A stretch of 38,467 bases of DNA from Cryomorphaceae bacterium (GCA_949531795.1 CATIQX010000043.1:1-38467); one strand, 5' to 3'. Positions 1 through 8,805 are shown, numbered from the stretch's first letter. Translations and numbers: made by a program. Notes: generated by a model from the sequence alone, not told the origin.

Positions 1-968
1 CACAATTGTAAAAGTTTATACGGGAATTCTAATTCGTCCAGTATACTAGCAACATGGCCAACCATTAAATCTAAAGTTGCATATGATTTCTCAGGATGTT
101 GAACTTGAACAATCTCTACTTTATCAAATTGATGTAATCTATTTAAACCTCTAACCTCTTTTCCGTAAGAACCGGCCTCACGTCTAAAACAAGGAGTATA
201 TGCAGTACACATAATTGGGAATTCCTTCACAATTACATCACGAAAAAAATTAGTTACGGGGACCTCAGCTGTTGGAATTAAATACAAATTATCCTCTGCA
301 GCATGATGCATTTGTCCTTCTTTATCAGGTAATTGACCAGTACCAAAACCTGAGGCTTCATTCACTAAATGAGGTGGGAGATATTCAATATATCCTGCAG
401 CAGTATTTTTATCTAAGAAATAAGCAATTAAGGCCCTTTGTAACTTTGCTCCTTTATCAATGTAAACAGGAAAACCTGCACCTGTTATTTTGTTTCCAAG
501 TTCAAAATCAATTAAATTATAGTCAGTCGTTAATTCCCAGTGAGGCTTAGCACCTTTCATTAAATTTGGTATTTTTCCTACCTCTTTTATTGTTCTATTA
601 TCTGAATCCGACTTTCCTTCAGGTACAGAAGGATGTGGAATATTTGGTATCTGAACTAGAATGCTTTGAATTTCTTTTTCAAGTTCAATTTGCTTAGTTT
701 GCAATGATTTTGATTCCTCTTTTATTAAAGATGATTCTTCCTTTAATAAATTTGCCTCAGCAACTTTCCCTGTTTTGTACATTTCGCCAATCTGCTTAGC
801 AAACTGGTTTCCTTTTGCCAACAACTCATCAGATTTCTGTTGCGTAGCTTTACGTTCATCGTCCCTAGCAATTACGGAATGAAACAAATCAGTAACATCT
901 ACATTTTTCAGCTTAAGTAAAGCAATATAACTATCTTTGTTTTCTCTTATTTTATTAATGTGTAGCAT
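1..968 (-). CDS. serS: Seryl-tRNA synthetase, N-terminal ~322 aa (3' end lies beyond the window edge)
   Basis: Not in the ORF track because it runs off the edge. My reverse-complement translation from the ATG at 968 reads MLHINKIRENKDSYIALLKLKN...YTPCFRREAGSYGKEVRGLNRLHQFDKVEIV...FPYKLLQLC with no stop. It shows class II aaRS motif 2 (FRREAG) and a SerRS-type N-terminal coiled-coil arm. Confidence 0.9.
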   Translation of the reverse strand, partial: MLHINKIRENKDSYIALLKLKNVDVTDLFHSVIARDDERKATQQKSDELLAKGNQFAKQIGEMYKTGKVAEANLLKEESSLIKEESKSLQTKQIELEKEIQSILVQIPNIPHPSVPEGKSDSDNRTIKEVGKIPNLMKGAKPHWELTTDYNLIDFELGNKITGAGFPVYIDKGAKLQRALIAYFLDKNTAAGYIEYLPPHLVNEASGFGTGQLPDKEGQMHHAAEDNLYLIPTAEVPVTNFFRDVIVKEFPIMCTAYTPCFRREAGSYGKEVRGLNRLHQFDKVEIVQVQHPEKSYATLDLMVGHVASILDELEFPYKLLQL

Positions 969-998
969 CTTAATTCTTAGTTTTATCTATTAACGAAA

Positions 999-1006
999 CA
1001 AATGTA
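999..1006 (-). promoter_or_regulatory. Bacteroidota sigma-A -7 box (TACATTTG) upstream of serS
   Basis: Exact match to TAnnTTTG on the minus strand, 30 nt upstream of the serS ATG and just after the rpmA terminator. Confidence 0.4.
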
Positions 1007-1009
1007 AAT

Positions 1010-1036
1010 AAAAAAAACTCCTGATTGCTCAGAAGT
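1010..1036 (-). terminator. Rho-independent terminator after rpmA
   Basis: The minus-strand RNA is ACUUCUGA-GCAA-UCAGGAGU, an 8-bp stem with one G-U pair, followed by U8. Confidence 0.6.
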
Positions 1037-1065
1037 TTTTCTTAATTGTGAGTATAGTGCAATCC

Positions 1066-1329
1066 TTAGTTTACAACTTCATTTTCAACAGAAACATAGG
1101 ATCTGTTATTTCTTTTCTTAGTAAATTTAACTTTACCGTCAGTCAAAGCAAATAAGGTATGATCTTTACCCATTCCAACATTTTCTCCTGGATTGTGTAC
1201 TGTACCTCTTTGACGAACTATAATGTTGCCAGCAATGATGGCCTGACCACCAAATATTTTTACCCCTAATCGTTTACTTTGCGATTCTCTACCATTCTTT
1301 GAACTACCCGCTCCCTTTTTATGTGCCAT
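1066..1329 (-). CDS. rpmA: 50S ribosomal protein L27
   Basis: [24 protein letters not shown]... is the canonical bL27 N-terminus. The 87-aa length fits, and the gene lies directly downstream of rplU. Confidence 0.97.
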   Translation of the reverse strand: MAHKKGAGSSKNGRESQSKRLGVKIFGGQAIIAGNIIVRQRGTVHNPGENVGMGKDHTLFALTDGKVKFTKKRNNRSYVSVENEVVN

Positions 1330-1354
1330 TTTCTTAAGTTTTTATTTCTACTTA

Positions 1355-1792
1355 TTATTCAGCTTTTTTAGCTGTAGTTTTTTTAGCTGTTACTTTCTTA
1401 GCAACAGTTTTCTTAGCTGGCGCTTTTTCAGCGGCCGGCTTAGCCTCTTTTTTTGGTGCCGCTTTTTTGGCAACCGAAGCCTTAGCATCAATTGTAAGTA
1501 TTTCTAATTTTGTTAAATACTGTCTGTGACCATTTTTAACCTTATATCCTTTTCTTCTTTTCTTTTTAAAGACAATTACTTTATCGCCTTTCAAATGCTC
1601 AAGTACTTTTGCAGTTACTTTAGCTCCTGTTATAACTGGGGCGCCAACATTTACTGAACCAGCATCATCCAACAAAAGAACTTTATCAAAATCAATCTTT
1701 GATCCTTCTTCTGAGTCTAATCTGTGTACAAATATCTGCTGATCTTTTTCAACTTTGAATTGTTGCCCTGCTATCTCAACTATTGCGTACAT
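1355..1792 (-). CDS. rplU: 50S ribosomal protein L21 with a Lys/Ala/Pro-rich C-terminal extension
   Basis: MYAIVEIAGQQFKVEKDQQIFVHRL... is a typical bL21 start, and the rplU-rpmA order is conserved. The last ~42 aa form a low-complexity tail (AKKAAPKKEAKPAAEKAPAKKTVAKKVTAKKTTAKKAE). Confidence 0.95.
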   Translation of the reverse strand: MYAIVEIAGQQFKVEKDQQIFVHRLDSEEGSKIDFDKVLLLDDAGSVNVGAPVITGAKVTAKVLEHLKGDKVIVFKKKRRKGYKVKNGHRQYLTKLEILTIDAKASVAKKAAPKKEAKPAAEKAPAKKTVAKKVTAKKTTAKKAE

Positions 1793-1818
1793 TATTATTA
1801 TTTTTTAAATATGGGCTG

Positions 1819-1826
1819 CAAAAATA
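1819..1826 (-). promoter_or_regulatory. -7 box (TATTTTTG) upstream of rplU
   Basis: Exact TAnnTTTG on the minus strand, 26 nt upstream of the rplU ATG (1792). Confidence 0.4.
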
Positions 1827-1918
1827 CACAATCTGATAAAATGAACAAAAAATATGCTACCTTTTTTGAACATCTTAGATTAGTAATCGTTTAAGAAACA
1901 ATAATACTTATAAAAACC

Positions 1919-1926
1919 TAAATTTG
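1919..1926 (+). promoter_or_regulatory. -7 box (TAAATTTG) upstream of the metalloprotease gene
   Basis: Exact TAnnTTTG, 22 nt upstream of the ATG at 1949. Confidence 0.4.
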
Positions 1927-1948
1927 CAACACAAAATAAAAACAATAA

Positions 1949-3067
1949 ATGAAAGGAATTTTTACAATACTATTGGTGAGTATTAGTTTAACAACTATTG
2001 CACAAGAAAGATGCGGTACAGAAATTCACACTGAAAATATGATGAAAAAAAATGCTAGTTATGCAATAGCTAGGAATAAGGTAAATTTCCAAACTGAAAA
2101 ATGGATTAAAAACCATCCTAATCATAGCGAAAAAACTATCATCACAATACCAATTATTGTGCATGTTTTATGGAAAACAAATACACACAATATTTCAGAT
2201 GCTCAGATTCAATCTCAAATTGATGTACTAAATGAAGACTATAGAAGAGCAAATATAGATAAAATAAATACCCCAAATGTTTGGCAAACTATTGCTGCTG
2301 ACAGTGAAATAGAATTTTGTTTAGCATCAACTGACCAGAACGGCAATCCAACAACTGGTATTGAAAGGATACAGACAACACACGGAAAATTTGGTATGAA
2401 TAGTGATATTCACACTAGCTCAGCTGGAGGTGCAGACGACTGGCCAAATGATGATTACCTTAATATATGGGTATGTGATATCCAAAGTGGATTATTAGGA
2501 TACGCAAGTCCCCCTAGTAATTGGATTGGTGATGGAGATGGGCTTGTAATTGGTTATCAATATTTTGGAAGAATCGGTAATGTTCAAGCTCCTTATCATA
2601 AAGGAAGAACTGCAACTCATGAAATTGGACACTGGTTAAACCTTGATCACATTTGGGGAGGATGGGGGAACTGCGGAAATGACCAGGTAAACGACACTCC
2701 TAAGCAAGAGAAAGAAAACTATTCTTGCCCAGCCTTTCCATTAAATCCAAATTCTTGTAACACTACTAATTCTAGTGGAGATATGTTTATGAATTACATG
2801 GACTACACTAATGATGCATGCATGAATTTATTTACAAACGGACAAAAAACTAGAATGCTGGCTGCCATAAACAATTATCGTTCGAATATGCTTTCTCATG
2901 ACTTATGTAACACTAGTGTTGGGCTTTCTGAACAGATAAAAAACAAGAGAAAACTAATTAAAATTATTGATTTTTTTGGACGAAAAATTACAGAAATAAA
3001 AATAAATACTCCTTTATTTTATATCTACGATAATGGAACTGTAGAAAAGAAAGTGATTATTAAATAG
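1949..3067 (+). CDS. Secreted zinc metalloprotease, M43 (pappalysin/cytophagalysin-like) family
   Basis: Has an N-terminal signal peptide (MKGIFTILLVSISLTTIAQ) and the extended metzincin zinc motif HEIGHWLNLDH. The region after the motif is Cys-rich. The short C-terminal segment (KIIDFFGRKI...FYIYDNGTVEKKVIIK) resembles a truncated T9SS sorting domain. Confidence 0.8.
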   Translation: MKGIFTILLVSISLTTIAQERCGTEIHTENMMKKNASYAIARNKVNFQTEKWIKNHPNHSEKTIITIPIIVHVLWKTNTHNISDAQIQSQIDVLNEDYRRANIDKINTPNVWQTIAADSEIEFCLASTDQNGNPTTGIERIQTTHGKFGMNSDIHTSSAGGADDWPNDDYLNIWVCDIQSGLLGYASPPSNWIGDGDGLVIGYQYFGRIGNVQAPYHKGRTATHEIGHWLNLDHIWGGWGNCGNDQVNDTPKQEKENYSCPAFPLNPNSCNTTNSSGDMFMNYMDYTNDACMNLFTNGQKTRMLAAINNYRSNMLSHDLCNTSVGLSEQIKNKRKLIKIIDFFGRKITEIKINTPLFYIYDNGTVEKKVIIK

Positions 3068-3088
3068 TTTATTTATTACACAATAATG

Positions 3089-3118
3089 AAAGCCCAGTTA
3101 TTTAATTGGGCTTTTTTT
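3089..3118 (+). terminator. Rho-independent terminator after the metalloprotease gene (overlaps the 3' end of the convergent EamA gene)
   Basis: AAAGCCCA-(10-nt loop)-TGGGCTTT followed by a T-run. Confidence 0.6.
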
Positions 3119-3973
3119 ATTCACTAAATACACTCCACTGAGAATAATTACTACAGCTAAAATATGATGCATTGTAATATTCTCACCATCAAAAACCCCC
3201 CACAAAATAGCAATAATAGGAATCAAATAAGTAACAGAGGAAGCAAAGATAGCTGAAGACCTACTTATTAGTTTATTGAAAATTACAACAGCTGAAGAAG
3301 TACCAACAATTGCCAAAAGAGCGATATACAGCAATGCCTCTACACCTTGATCTGTTTGAGCAAGTATTAAAAAATCAGTATTAAAAATATAAAAAGCAGA
3401 AAGTGGACCAATAATCGAGAAAGCCAAAGCAGTAACTGAAAGCGCATCTATGCCCTGAAGATATTTCTTAATTACATTAATACTTATCGCATACATCACA
3501 GTAGCTAAAACAACTAATAGAACATAATTATTAATTTCAACCCCTCTTCCTGCACTAAATAGAGTAAGAAAAACTGCCCCACAAAGTCCAAGTAAAACTC
3601 CTGAAATATTTGTCTTTGAAGGTCTAGATTTAAAAAAGTAAATACCTAACAGTAGTGTAAATAAAGGTACTAGAGAATTCAAAATCCCAACTAGCGAACT
3701 ATCTAACTCTGTTTGAGCCTTAGTGAATAAAAAAGCGGGGATACCGTTTCCAAAAAATGCCATTACAAAAATAGGGAAAATGTGTTTCTTACTTACTTTT
3801 TTAAATGCTTGAAATAAAAATGGAACTAAAGAAAGAAAAGCAATAAACAAACGTAAAGCAGCTACCTGAACATCACTAAAAACTAACAAACCCTTTTTCA
3901 TCAAAATAAACGAACTCCCCCAAACAGTTGCAAGAAACAAAAGTGTTAGATAATTTTTAATTGATTTTTTCAT
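3098..3973 (-). CDS. EamA/DMT-family transporter
   Basis: The 291-aa protein appears to be ~10 hydrophobic helices throughout, with the two-repeat EamA-like architecture. Assignment is by overall pattern only. Confidence 0.75.
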   Translation of the reverse strand: MKKSIKNYLTLLFLATVWGSSFILMKKGLLVFSDVQVAALRLFIAFLSLVPFLFQAFKKVSKKHIFPIFVMAFFGNGIPAFLFTKAQTELDSSLVGILNSLVPLFTLLLGIYFFKSRPSKTNISGVLLGLCGAVFLTLFSAGRGVEINNYVLLVVLATVMYAISINVIKKYLQGIDALSVTALAFSIIGPLSAFYIFNTDFLILAQTDQGVEALLYIALLAIVGTSSAVVIFNKLISRSSAIFASSVTYLIPIIAILWGVFDGENITMHHILAVVIILSGVYLVNKKSPIK

Positions 3974-3989
3974 AATATTTATTTGACGG

Positions 3990-3997
3990 CAAATATA
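3990..3997 (-). promoter_or_regulatory. -7 box (TATATTTG) upstream of the EamA transporter gene
   Basis: Exact TAnnTTTG on the minus strand, 16 nt upstream of the ATG at 3973. Confidence 0.4.
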
Positions 3998-4033
3998 TGC
4001 TCAAACCAAATAGATTTTCAATTTTTTAAATGC

Positions 4034-4041
4034 TATTTTTG
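4034..4041 (+). promoter_or_regulatory. -7 box (TATTTTTG) only 5 nt upstream of the ctaA ATG (predicted leaderless)
   Basis: The sequence is TATTTTTGcaatcATG. The box lies in the 73-nt divergent intergenic region. Confidence 0.45.
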
Positions 4042-4046
4042 CAATC

Positions 4047-5057
4047 ATGAATACCTCACAAAAAAGAGTAGTAATCTCTTGGCTCTATCTAGGACTTATT
4101 TTAGTTGGATTAATGATTATTATTGGCGGAATAACTAGATTGACACATTCAGGGCTTTCAATGGTAGAATGGAAATTAATTGGGGGAACAATTCCTCCTT
4201 TAAATGAAAATCAATGGCAGGAGACATTTACTAAATATCAGCAATTTCCAGAATATAAAAAGATAAACACTGGAATGAGTTTAAGCGAATTCAAATCTAT
4301 CTTTTTTTGGGAGTATTTACACAGGTTATTTGGTAGACTAATTGGACTTATTTTCATCATCCCTTTTATTATTTTTTGGACAAAAAAATGGCTTGACAAC
4401 TCTCAAAAAAAGAAATTAATAATCCTTCTTGGACTCGGAGCTCTGCAAGGGTTTTTAGGCTGGTTTATGGTGGAAAGCGGACTAGTTGATATTCCTGCAG
4501 TAAGTCATTATCGCTTAGCTACGCATTTATTAACAGCATTTACCCTCATGTGCTATATATATTGGTTAATCCTGAGCTTTAACAATGTAGAAAGACGTCC
4601 AAATCAAATAATCAACCGGCTAAGCAAATGGTTAATTAGCCTTTTAGTCATTCAGATTGTTTATGGCGCTTTTGTAGCAGGCTTAAAAGCTGGCTATTTA
4701 ATACCTATAAAGGGTGGGTTTTTTGAAATTATATTTGGCTATAAATTAAGAAGTTCAAGTGATTTTAGCTTACTCGAAAACGGCTTTGATATTCAGGCTT
4801 TTCATAGAATTTTTGCTTGGGTTGTACTTGCAATGTCAATCGTAATTTACAATAAGTCTAAAAAAACTAACCTAAGAACTAATGGAATGCTAGTATTTGG
4901 ATTAGTAATTACTCAGATTTCATTAGGGATTGCAACCTTGCTACTAAGGGTCCAGATTCATATAGCTACAACTCATCAATTTATTGCAATTCTACTTTTA
5001 CTTTCAGTGATTCATCTTACTTATCTTTCCAGTGAAAAGTCTCAATCAAATGCTTAA
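4047..5057 (+). CDS. ctaA: Heme A synthase (COX15/CtaA family)
   Basis: ITRLTHSGLSMVEWKLIGGTIPPLNENQWQETFTKYQQFPEYK is the conserved COX15 N-terminal block. The protein is multi-TM with conserved His residues (HRLFG, HRIFAW, THQF). Confidence 0.85.
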   Translation: MNTSQKRVVISWLYLGLILVGLMIIIGGITRLTHSGLSMVEWKLIGGTIPPLNENQWQETFTKYQQFPEYKKINTGMSLSEFKSIFFWEYLHRLFGRLIGLIFIIPFIIFWTKKWLDNSQKKKLIILLGLGALQGFLGWFMVESGLVDIPAVSHYRLATHLLTAFTLMCYIYWLILSFNNVERRPNQIINRLSKWLISLLVIQIVYGAFVAGLKAGYLIPIKGGFFEIIFGYKLRSSSDFSLLENGFDIQAFHRIFAWVVLAMSIVIYNKSKKTNLRTNGMLVFGLVITQISLGIATLLLRVQIHIATTHQFIAILLLLSVIHLTYLSSEKSQSNA

Positions 5058-5574
5058 TATCATATTTTAGAAAATTGTTGACTGGTAATATAGAGTCATT
5101 TATTTCAGTATTGAAATAAAGAGCTCCTCTAAAAAAATGATTAACACTATCCGTTAAATAAAACTGAGTAGATGTAGCTGACATGCCATTATAATCGTAC
5201 AATACCCCATATACTTTTAAAGAATCATTTACATAAAATTGCTCTGTAATAGCATCAGCTATTAAATTATGCTTGTATGCTAATTTTTGTGATTGCTCAA
5301 GATGCTCATTCAAATTATTTTCTAATAAAAAATAGGAGAGATATAATACTCCATTTTGAGTAGGGAAAACAATATCTATAAGGCAATTATCATTCTTTTT
5401 CTCTAAATGACTATATACAGGAACCTCAAAACCAAAAGGACAATTAATTGCTATTTCGACATATTCTTTTTGAGGAAAATCCAACTTAATAAGTGCTTTT
5501 GGCTTCGGTGTATAATCATTATCACAAGATAAAAATAATACGGATAAAAAAAGTAATAGTCTAATTTTCATCAA
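5017..5574 (-). CDS. gldD: Gliding motility lipoprotein GldD
   Basis: Has a lipobox (LFLSC) followed by TPKPKALIKLDFPQKEY...NCPFGFEVP, which resembles F. johnsoniae GldD as I recall it. It lies directly downstream of, and overlaps, gldE, within the known mutY-ssb-gldE-gldD synteny. Confidence 0.75.
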   Translation of the reverse strand: MMKIRLLLFLSVLFLSCDNDYTPKPKALIKLDFPQKEYVEIAINCPFGFEVPVYSHLEKKNDNCLIDIVFPTQNGVLYLSYFLLENNLNEHLEQSQKLAYKHNLIADAITEQFYVNDSLKVYGVLYDYNGMSATSTQFYLTDSVNHFFRGALYFNTEINDSILPVNNFLKYDIKHLIETFHWKDK

Positions 5575-6874
5575 TGCTAACTTTTAAGCGTTTTATTCTT
5601 CTTACATCAGCAGATTCAACCAATAATGTGTAAGGAGGAATCCTACAGCTTTCTCCTATCTTTAATATTCTTCCTTCAATTTCAAGTACTAATCCTGCCA
5701 AAGAATCTGATTCACCTTTAATTTCCTGAAAATAATCTATTTCCCCTTTCACTACTTTAAGGAAATCATTTAATGAAATTTTGCCTTCAAAAATAAAACT
5801 ATTATCATCTAATTTAGAATAGATGTTCTCTTCCTCATCAAATTCATCATTTATTTCTCCGACAATTTCTTCTAAAACATCTTCTAAAGTTACAATTCCT
5901 GACGTACCTCCATACTCGTCAACCACAATAGCAATATGATTTTTCTTAAGCTGAAATTCTTTTAGTAAGTCATTAATCATTTTTGTTTCAGGAACATAAT
6001 AAGGTATCCTACATAATTTCACCCAATCAAAATCATCATTTTGATCTAAGAAAGGAATTAAATCCTTAATGTACAGTATACCTAATACAGCATCAAACTG
6101 AACCTTGTATACAGGAATACGAGAAAAACCTGAAGATATAACAAGCTGAAGCACTTCTTTAAATTTTGTTTTATGTTCAATTGCTAACACATCAACTCTT
6201 GATTTCATTATTTCTTTAACATCCGTGTTTCCAAACTCAACAATAGATCTTAATATTCTTCTTTCATCCTCCTTACTTTCGTGTTCAGTAATATCCAAAG
6301 CTTTAGTTATTTCTTCAAAAGAAACCTCAGTTTGTCTTTGAGCTAAACGCTTATCAATAAAGTCAGTGAAGGAAACCAGCAAATAACTAAGAGGGGAAAA
6401 TAACTTTTGCAAAAACAATAATGGCTTTACCATATTTAACGAAAATTCTTTTGCTTTCTGATTTGCATACACCTTGGGCGTAATTTCACCAAAAAGAACT
6501 AATAAAGTAGTAATAATTACAACTTGAAAAATAAATTCTAAAGACGATCCATCAGGAAAAGTAAATGCCAATGAAGTAAGATGTGCTGAGAAGACTACAA
6601 TTGCAACATTAATAAAATTATTAACTATTAAAATAGTTGCTAAAAGTTTATTAGGTTTTTTTAATAAATTAAGAATTTCGCCACTTTCCTTTTCCAAGTC
6701 ATCCAATTCGCTAGCACTTAAAGAAAAATAAGCAACTTCAGCACCAGAAATGAATGCAGAACAAACAATTAATAATAACACAAAAAATAAGCTACTAAGC
6801 ACTTCTAAATTAAAAAAATGAAGCTCTACCTGACTAAAAATTGATAAAAATATAGGGACGGGAATCTCTTCCAA
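5561..6874 (-). CDS. gldE: Gliding motility-associated protein GldE (CNNM/CorC-type: DUF21 TM domain + CBS pair + CorC_HlyC)
   Basis: Four N-terminal TM helices, a CBS-pair region (VKEIMKSRVDVLAI...GFSRIPVY...ILYIKDL) and a C-terminal transporter-associated domain. The position between ssb and gldD fits. Confidence 0.85.
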   Translation of the reverse strand: MEEIPVPIFLSIFSQVELHFFNLEVLSSLFFVLLLIVCSAFISGAEVAYFSLSASELDDLEKESGEILNLLKKPNKLLATILIVNNFINVAIVVFSAHLTSLAFTFPDGSSLEFIFQVVIITTLLVLFGEITPKVYANQKAKEFSLNMVKPLLFLQKLFSPLSYLLVSFTDFIDKRLAQRQTEVSFEEITKALDITEHESKEDERRILRSIVEFGNTDVKEIMKSRVDVLAIEHKTKFKEVLQLVISSGFSRIPVYKVQFDAVLGILYIKDLIPFLDQNDDFDWVKLCRIPYYVPETKMINDLLKEFQLKKNHIAIVVDEYGGTSGIVTLEDVLEEIVGEINDEFDEEENIYSKLDDNSFIFEGKISLNDFLKVVKGEIDYFQEIKGESDSLAGLVLEIEGRILKIGESCRIPPYTLLVESADVRRIKRLKVSIDEN

Positions 6875-6890
6875 AATAGAAATTATTTAA

Positions 6891-7280
6891 TTAAAATGGT
6901 AAATCATCTGACTTGTCATTAGTAGATGAAGGAGAATCATCTTGAGATTGCCTACCACCAAGCATGGTCATATTATCAGCTAATATTTCAGTATTATATC
7001 TTGTTTTCCCATCTTTGTCTTCCCACTTTCTTGTTTTAATTTTTCCTTCAACATAAACACTTGCGCCTTTCTTTAAGTATTTTTCAGCAACTTCAGCCAA
7101 ACCTCTCCACAAAACTATGTTGTGCCATTCAGTTTGACTCACACGCTCACCTTCCTTGTTCTTGTAATTTTCTGTTGTTGCTAATGAAAAATTTGCAACA
7201 GCAACTCCATTATCTAAATATCGTACTTCAGGATCCTTTCCTAAATTCCCCACTAATATAACTTTATTAACTCCTGACAT
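6891..7280 (-). CDS. ssb: Single-stranded DNA-binding protein
   Basis: [22 protein letters not shown]... is an OB-fold start. The tail is acidic and ends DDLPF, the canonical SSB tip. Confidence 0.95.
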   Translation of the reverse strand: MSGVNKVILVGNLGKDPEVRYLDNGVAVANFSLATTENYKNKEGERVSQTEWHNIVLWRGLAEVAEKYLKKGASVYVEGKIKTRKWEDKDGKTRYNTEILADNMTMLGGRQSQDDSPSSTNDKSDDLPF

Positions 7281-7310
7281 GACTATAATTTTTTATTTTA
7301 AAATCTTAAA

Positions 7311-7318
7311 CAAATATA
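7311..7318 (-). promoter_or_regulatory. -7 box (TATATTTG) upstream of ssb
   Basis: Exact TAnnTTTG on the minus strand, 30 nt upstream of the ssb ATG (7280). Confidence 0.4.
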
Positions 7319-7325
7319 TACAATT

Positions 7326-8369
7326 CTACACTAAGTCTATAGTCTCAAAATATTTTTCTGTTAGTCGAGAAACAGGAAATTCTAACAAGCTATTTTTAGA
7401 AATAAGTTCGTACTCTTCCAATGAAACTCTATTAGCTTTTATTCGCCAAAACTGAGCATGAATTTTCTGATGCGAAAGAACATGAATGAATTCATAAGAA
7501 ACAGATTTAACATCAAAAGTTGAATTTAAAAATATCTTTTGCCAATCATTAGATTGCATAACTTGCTTCTCGTTCATTTTTCTTGTAAATTCTAAAAAAG
7601 GGAATTCATAAAGACCAGTCCAAATCCCTGATTTTCTTTTACCAAAAAAAATATCATCTTTTTGTTCAATTAATAAATAGTGTAAAAACCTATCTTTTAT
7701 TTTGATTTTTTTTGATTTTACTGGTAATTGCGCAACGGAATTAGTAGCATAAGCAACACAAGAATCTTGCAAATGACAACTTGAGCAGCAAGGAGATTTT
7801 GGTTTACACTTTATAGCGCCAAATTCCATAATTGCTTGATTATAAATAGCTGCTTTTTTTACAATAAGCAATTCTTGTGCTAATTGCTGAAACTGCTTTT
7901 TGCCAGCTGAGGTATCAAAAGGAATGCTTACACCAAAGACTCTACTTAACACACGAATAACATTTCCATCAACAACAGCATATGGCATATCAAAAGCAAA
8001 TGAGGTAATAGCAGCTGCAGTATAAATACCAACACCTTTTAACTTTAAAACCTCACTATAGTCTTTTGGAAATTCTCCTCCAAAATTATCTACAATATAT
8101 TTAGCAGTAACATGAAGATTTCTAGCTCTAGAATAATACCCCAAACCCTGCCACATTTTCAACACCTTATCTTCGGGAGAATTAGCTAAATCCTCAATCT
8201 TAGGAAAAGCCTTTAAAAAAGCTAAGTAATAAGGTGTACCCTGTAAAACCCTTGTCTGCTGTAAAATGATTTCCGAAAGCCAAATATGATATGGATTATT
8301 AGTGTTACGCCAGGGTAAATCTCTTTTATTGTTTTGATACCAACTTACTAACTTATTTGAAAAATCCAT
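7326..8369 (-). CDS. mutY: A/G-specific adenine DNA glycosylase
   Basis: Contains the block LPWRNTNNPYHIWLSEIILQQTRV, the HhH-GPD region (LKGVGIYTAAAITSFAF) and a 4Fe-4S loop (CKPKSPCCSSCHLQDSC). A C-terminal NUDIX-like domain is also present. Confidence 0.9.
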   Translation of the reverse strand: MDFSNKLVSWYQNNKRDLPWRNTNNPYHIWLSEIILQQTRVLQGTPYYLAFLKAFPKIEDLANSPEDKVLKMWQGLGYYSRARNLHVTAKYIVDNFGGEFPKDYSEVLKLKGVGIYTAAAITSFAFDMPYAVVDGNVIRVLSRVFGVSIPFDTSAGKKQFQQLAQELLIVKKAAIYNQAIMEFGAIKCKPKSPCCSSCHLQDSCVAYATNSVAQLPVKSKKIKIKDRFLHYLLIEQKDDIFFGKRKSGIWTGLYEFPFLEFTRKMNEKQVMQSNDWQKIFLNSTFDVKSVSYEFIHVLSHQKIHAQFWRIKANRVSLEEYELISKNSLLEFPVSRLTEKYFETIDLV

Positions 8370-8442
8370 AACTCTCTGAAAAATAAAACAATAAACTAAA
8401 TAAAAAAGATAAACCCATAATTGCTGAGCTACTTTTTTTTAA

Positions 8443-8450
8443 TATATTTG
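8443..8450 (+). promoter_or_regulatory. -7 box (TATATTTG) upstream of the HU gene
   Basis: Exact TAnnTTTG, 44 nt upstream of the ATG at 8495. Confidence 0.4.
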
Positions 8451-8494
8451 CAGGCTCAAAATTAGAGAAGAATTTAACATATAATAGAAAAAAA

Positions 8495-8779
8495 ATGACA
8501 AAAGCAGAACTTGTTAGTAAAATATCAGAAAGAACGGGAGTAGAAAAGGTAACAACTTTAGCAATTGTTGAATCGATGATGAATGAAATTAAAGATTCAA
8601 TTTCAGCTAATGAAGCTGTTTTTCTAAGAGGTTTTGGAACATTTAAAGCCAAGAAAAGAGCTGAAAAAACAGGAAGAAATATCAAAAAAAATACAACTAT
8701 AATAATCCCTGCACACCATATCCCAGCTTTTAAGCCGGCTAAAGTATTTGTAGAGGAAGTAAAGAATAAAGTAAAATAA
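8495..8779 (+). CDS. HU/IHF-family DNA-binding protein
   Basis: MTKAELVSKISERTG...FLRGFGTF...R.GRN..T......P....P.FKP matches the HU pattern. The protein is 94 aa. Confidence 0.9.
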   Translation: MTKAELVSKISERTGVEKVTTLAIVESMMNEIKDSISANEAVFLRGFGTFKAKKRAEKTGRNIKKNTTIIIPAHHIPAFKPAKVFVEEVKNKVK

Positions 8780-8805
8780 GCTTTAAAAAGCTAAAAAAAT
8801 AAATT

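Noticed and set aside
272-550. 92-aa plus-strand ORF from the track
   Set aside because: It lies entirely antisense within the clearly recognisable serS coding region. The sequence is low-complexity with no motif, so it is a shadow ORF.
8353-8685. 110-aa minus-strand ORF overlapping the HU gene and the mutY-HU intergenic region
   Set aside because: It is antisense to a well-supported HU gene and is a hydrophobic, Phe/Leu/Ser-rich artefact of AT-rich sequence. It would also swallow the HU promoter region.
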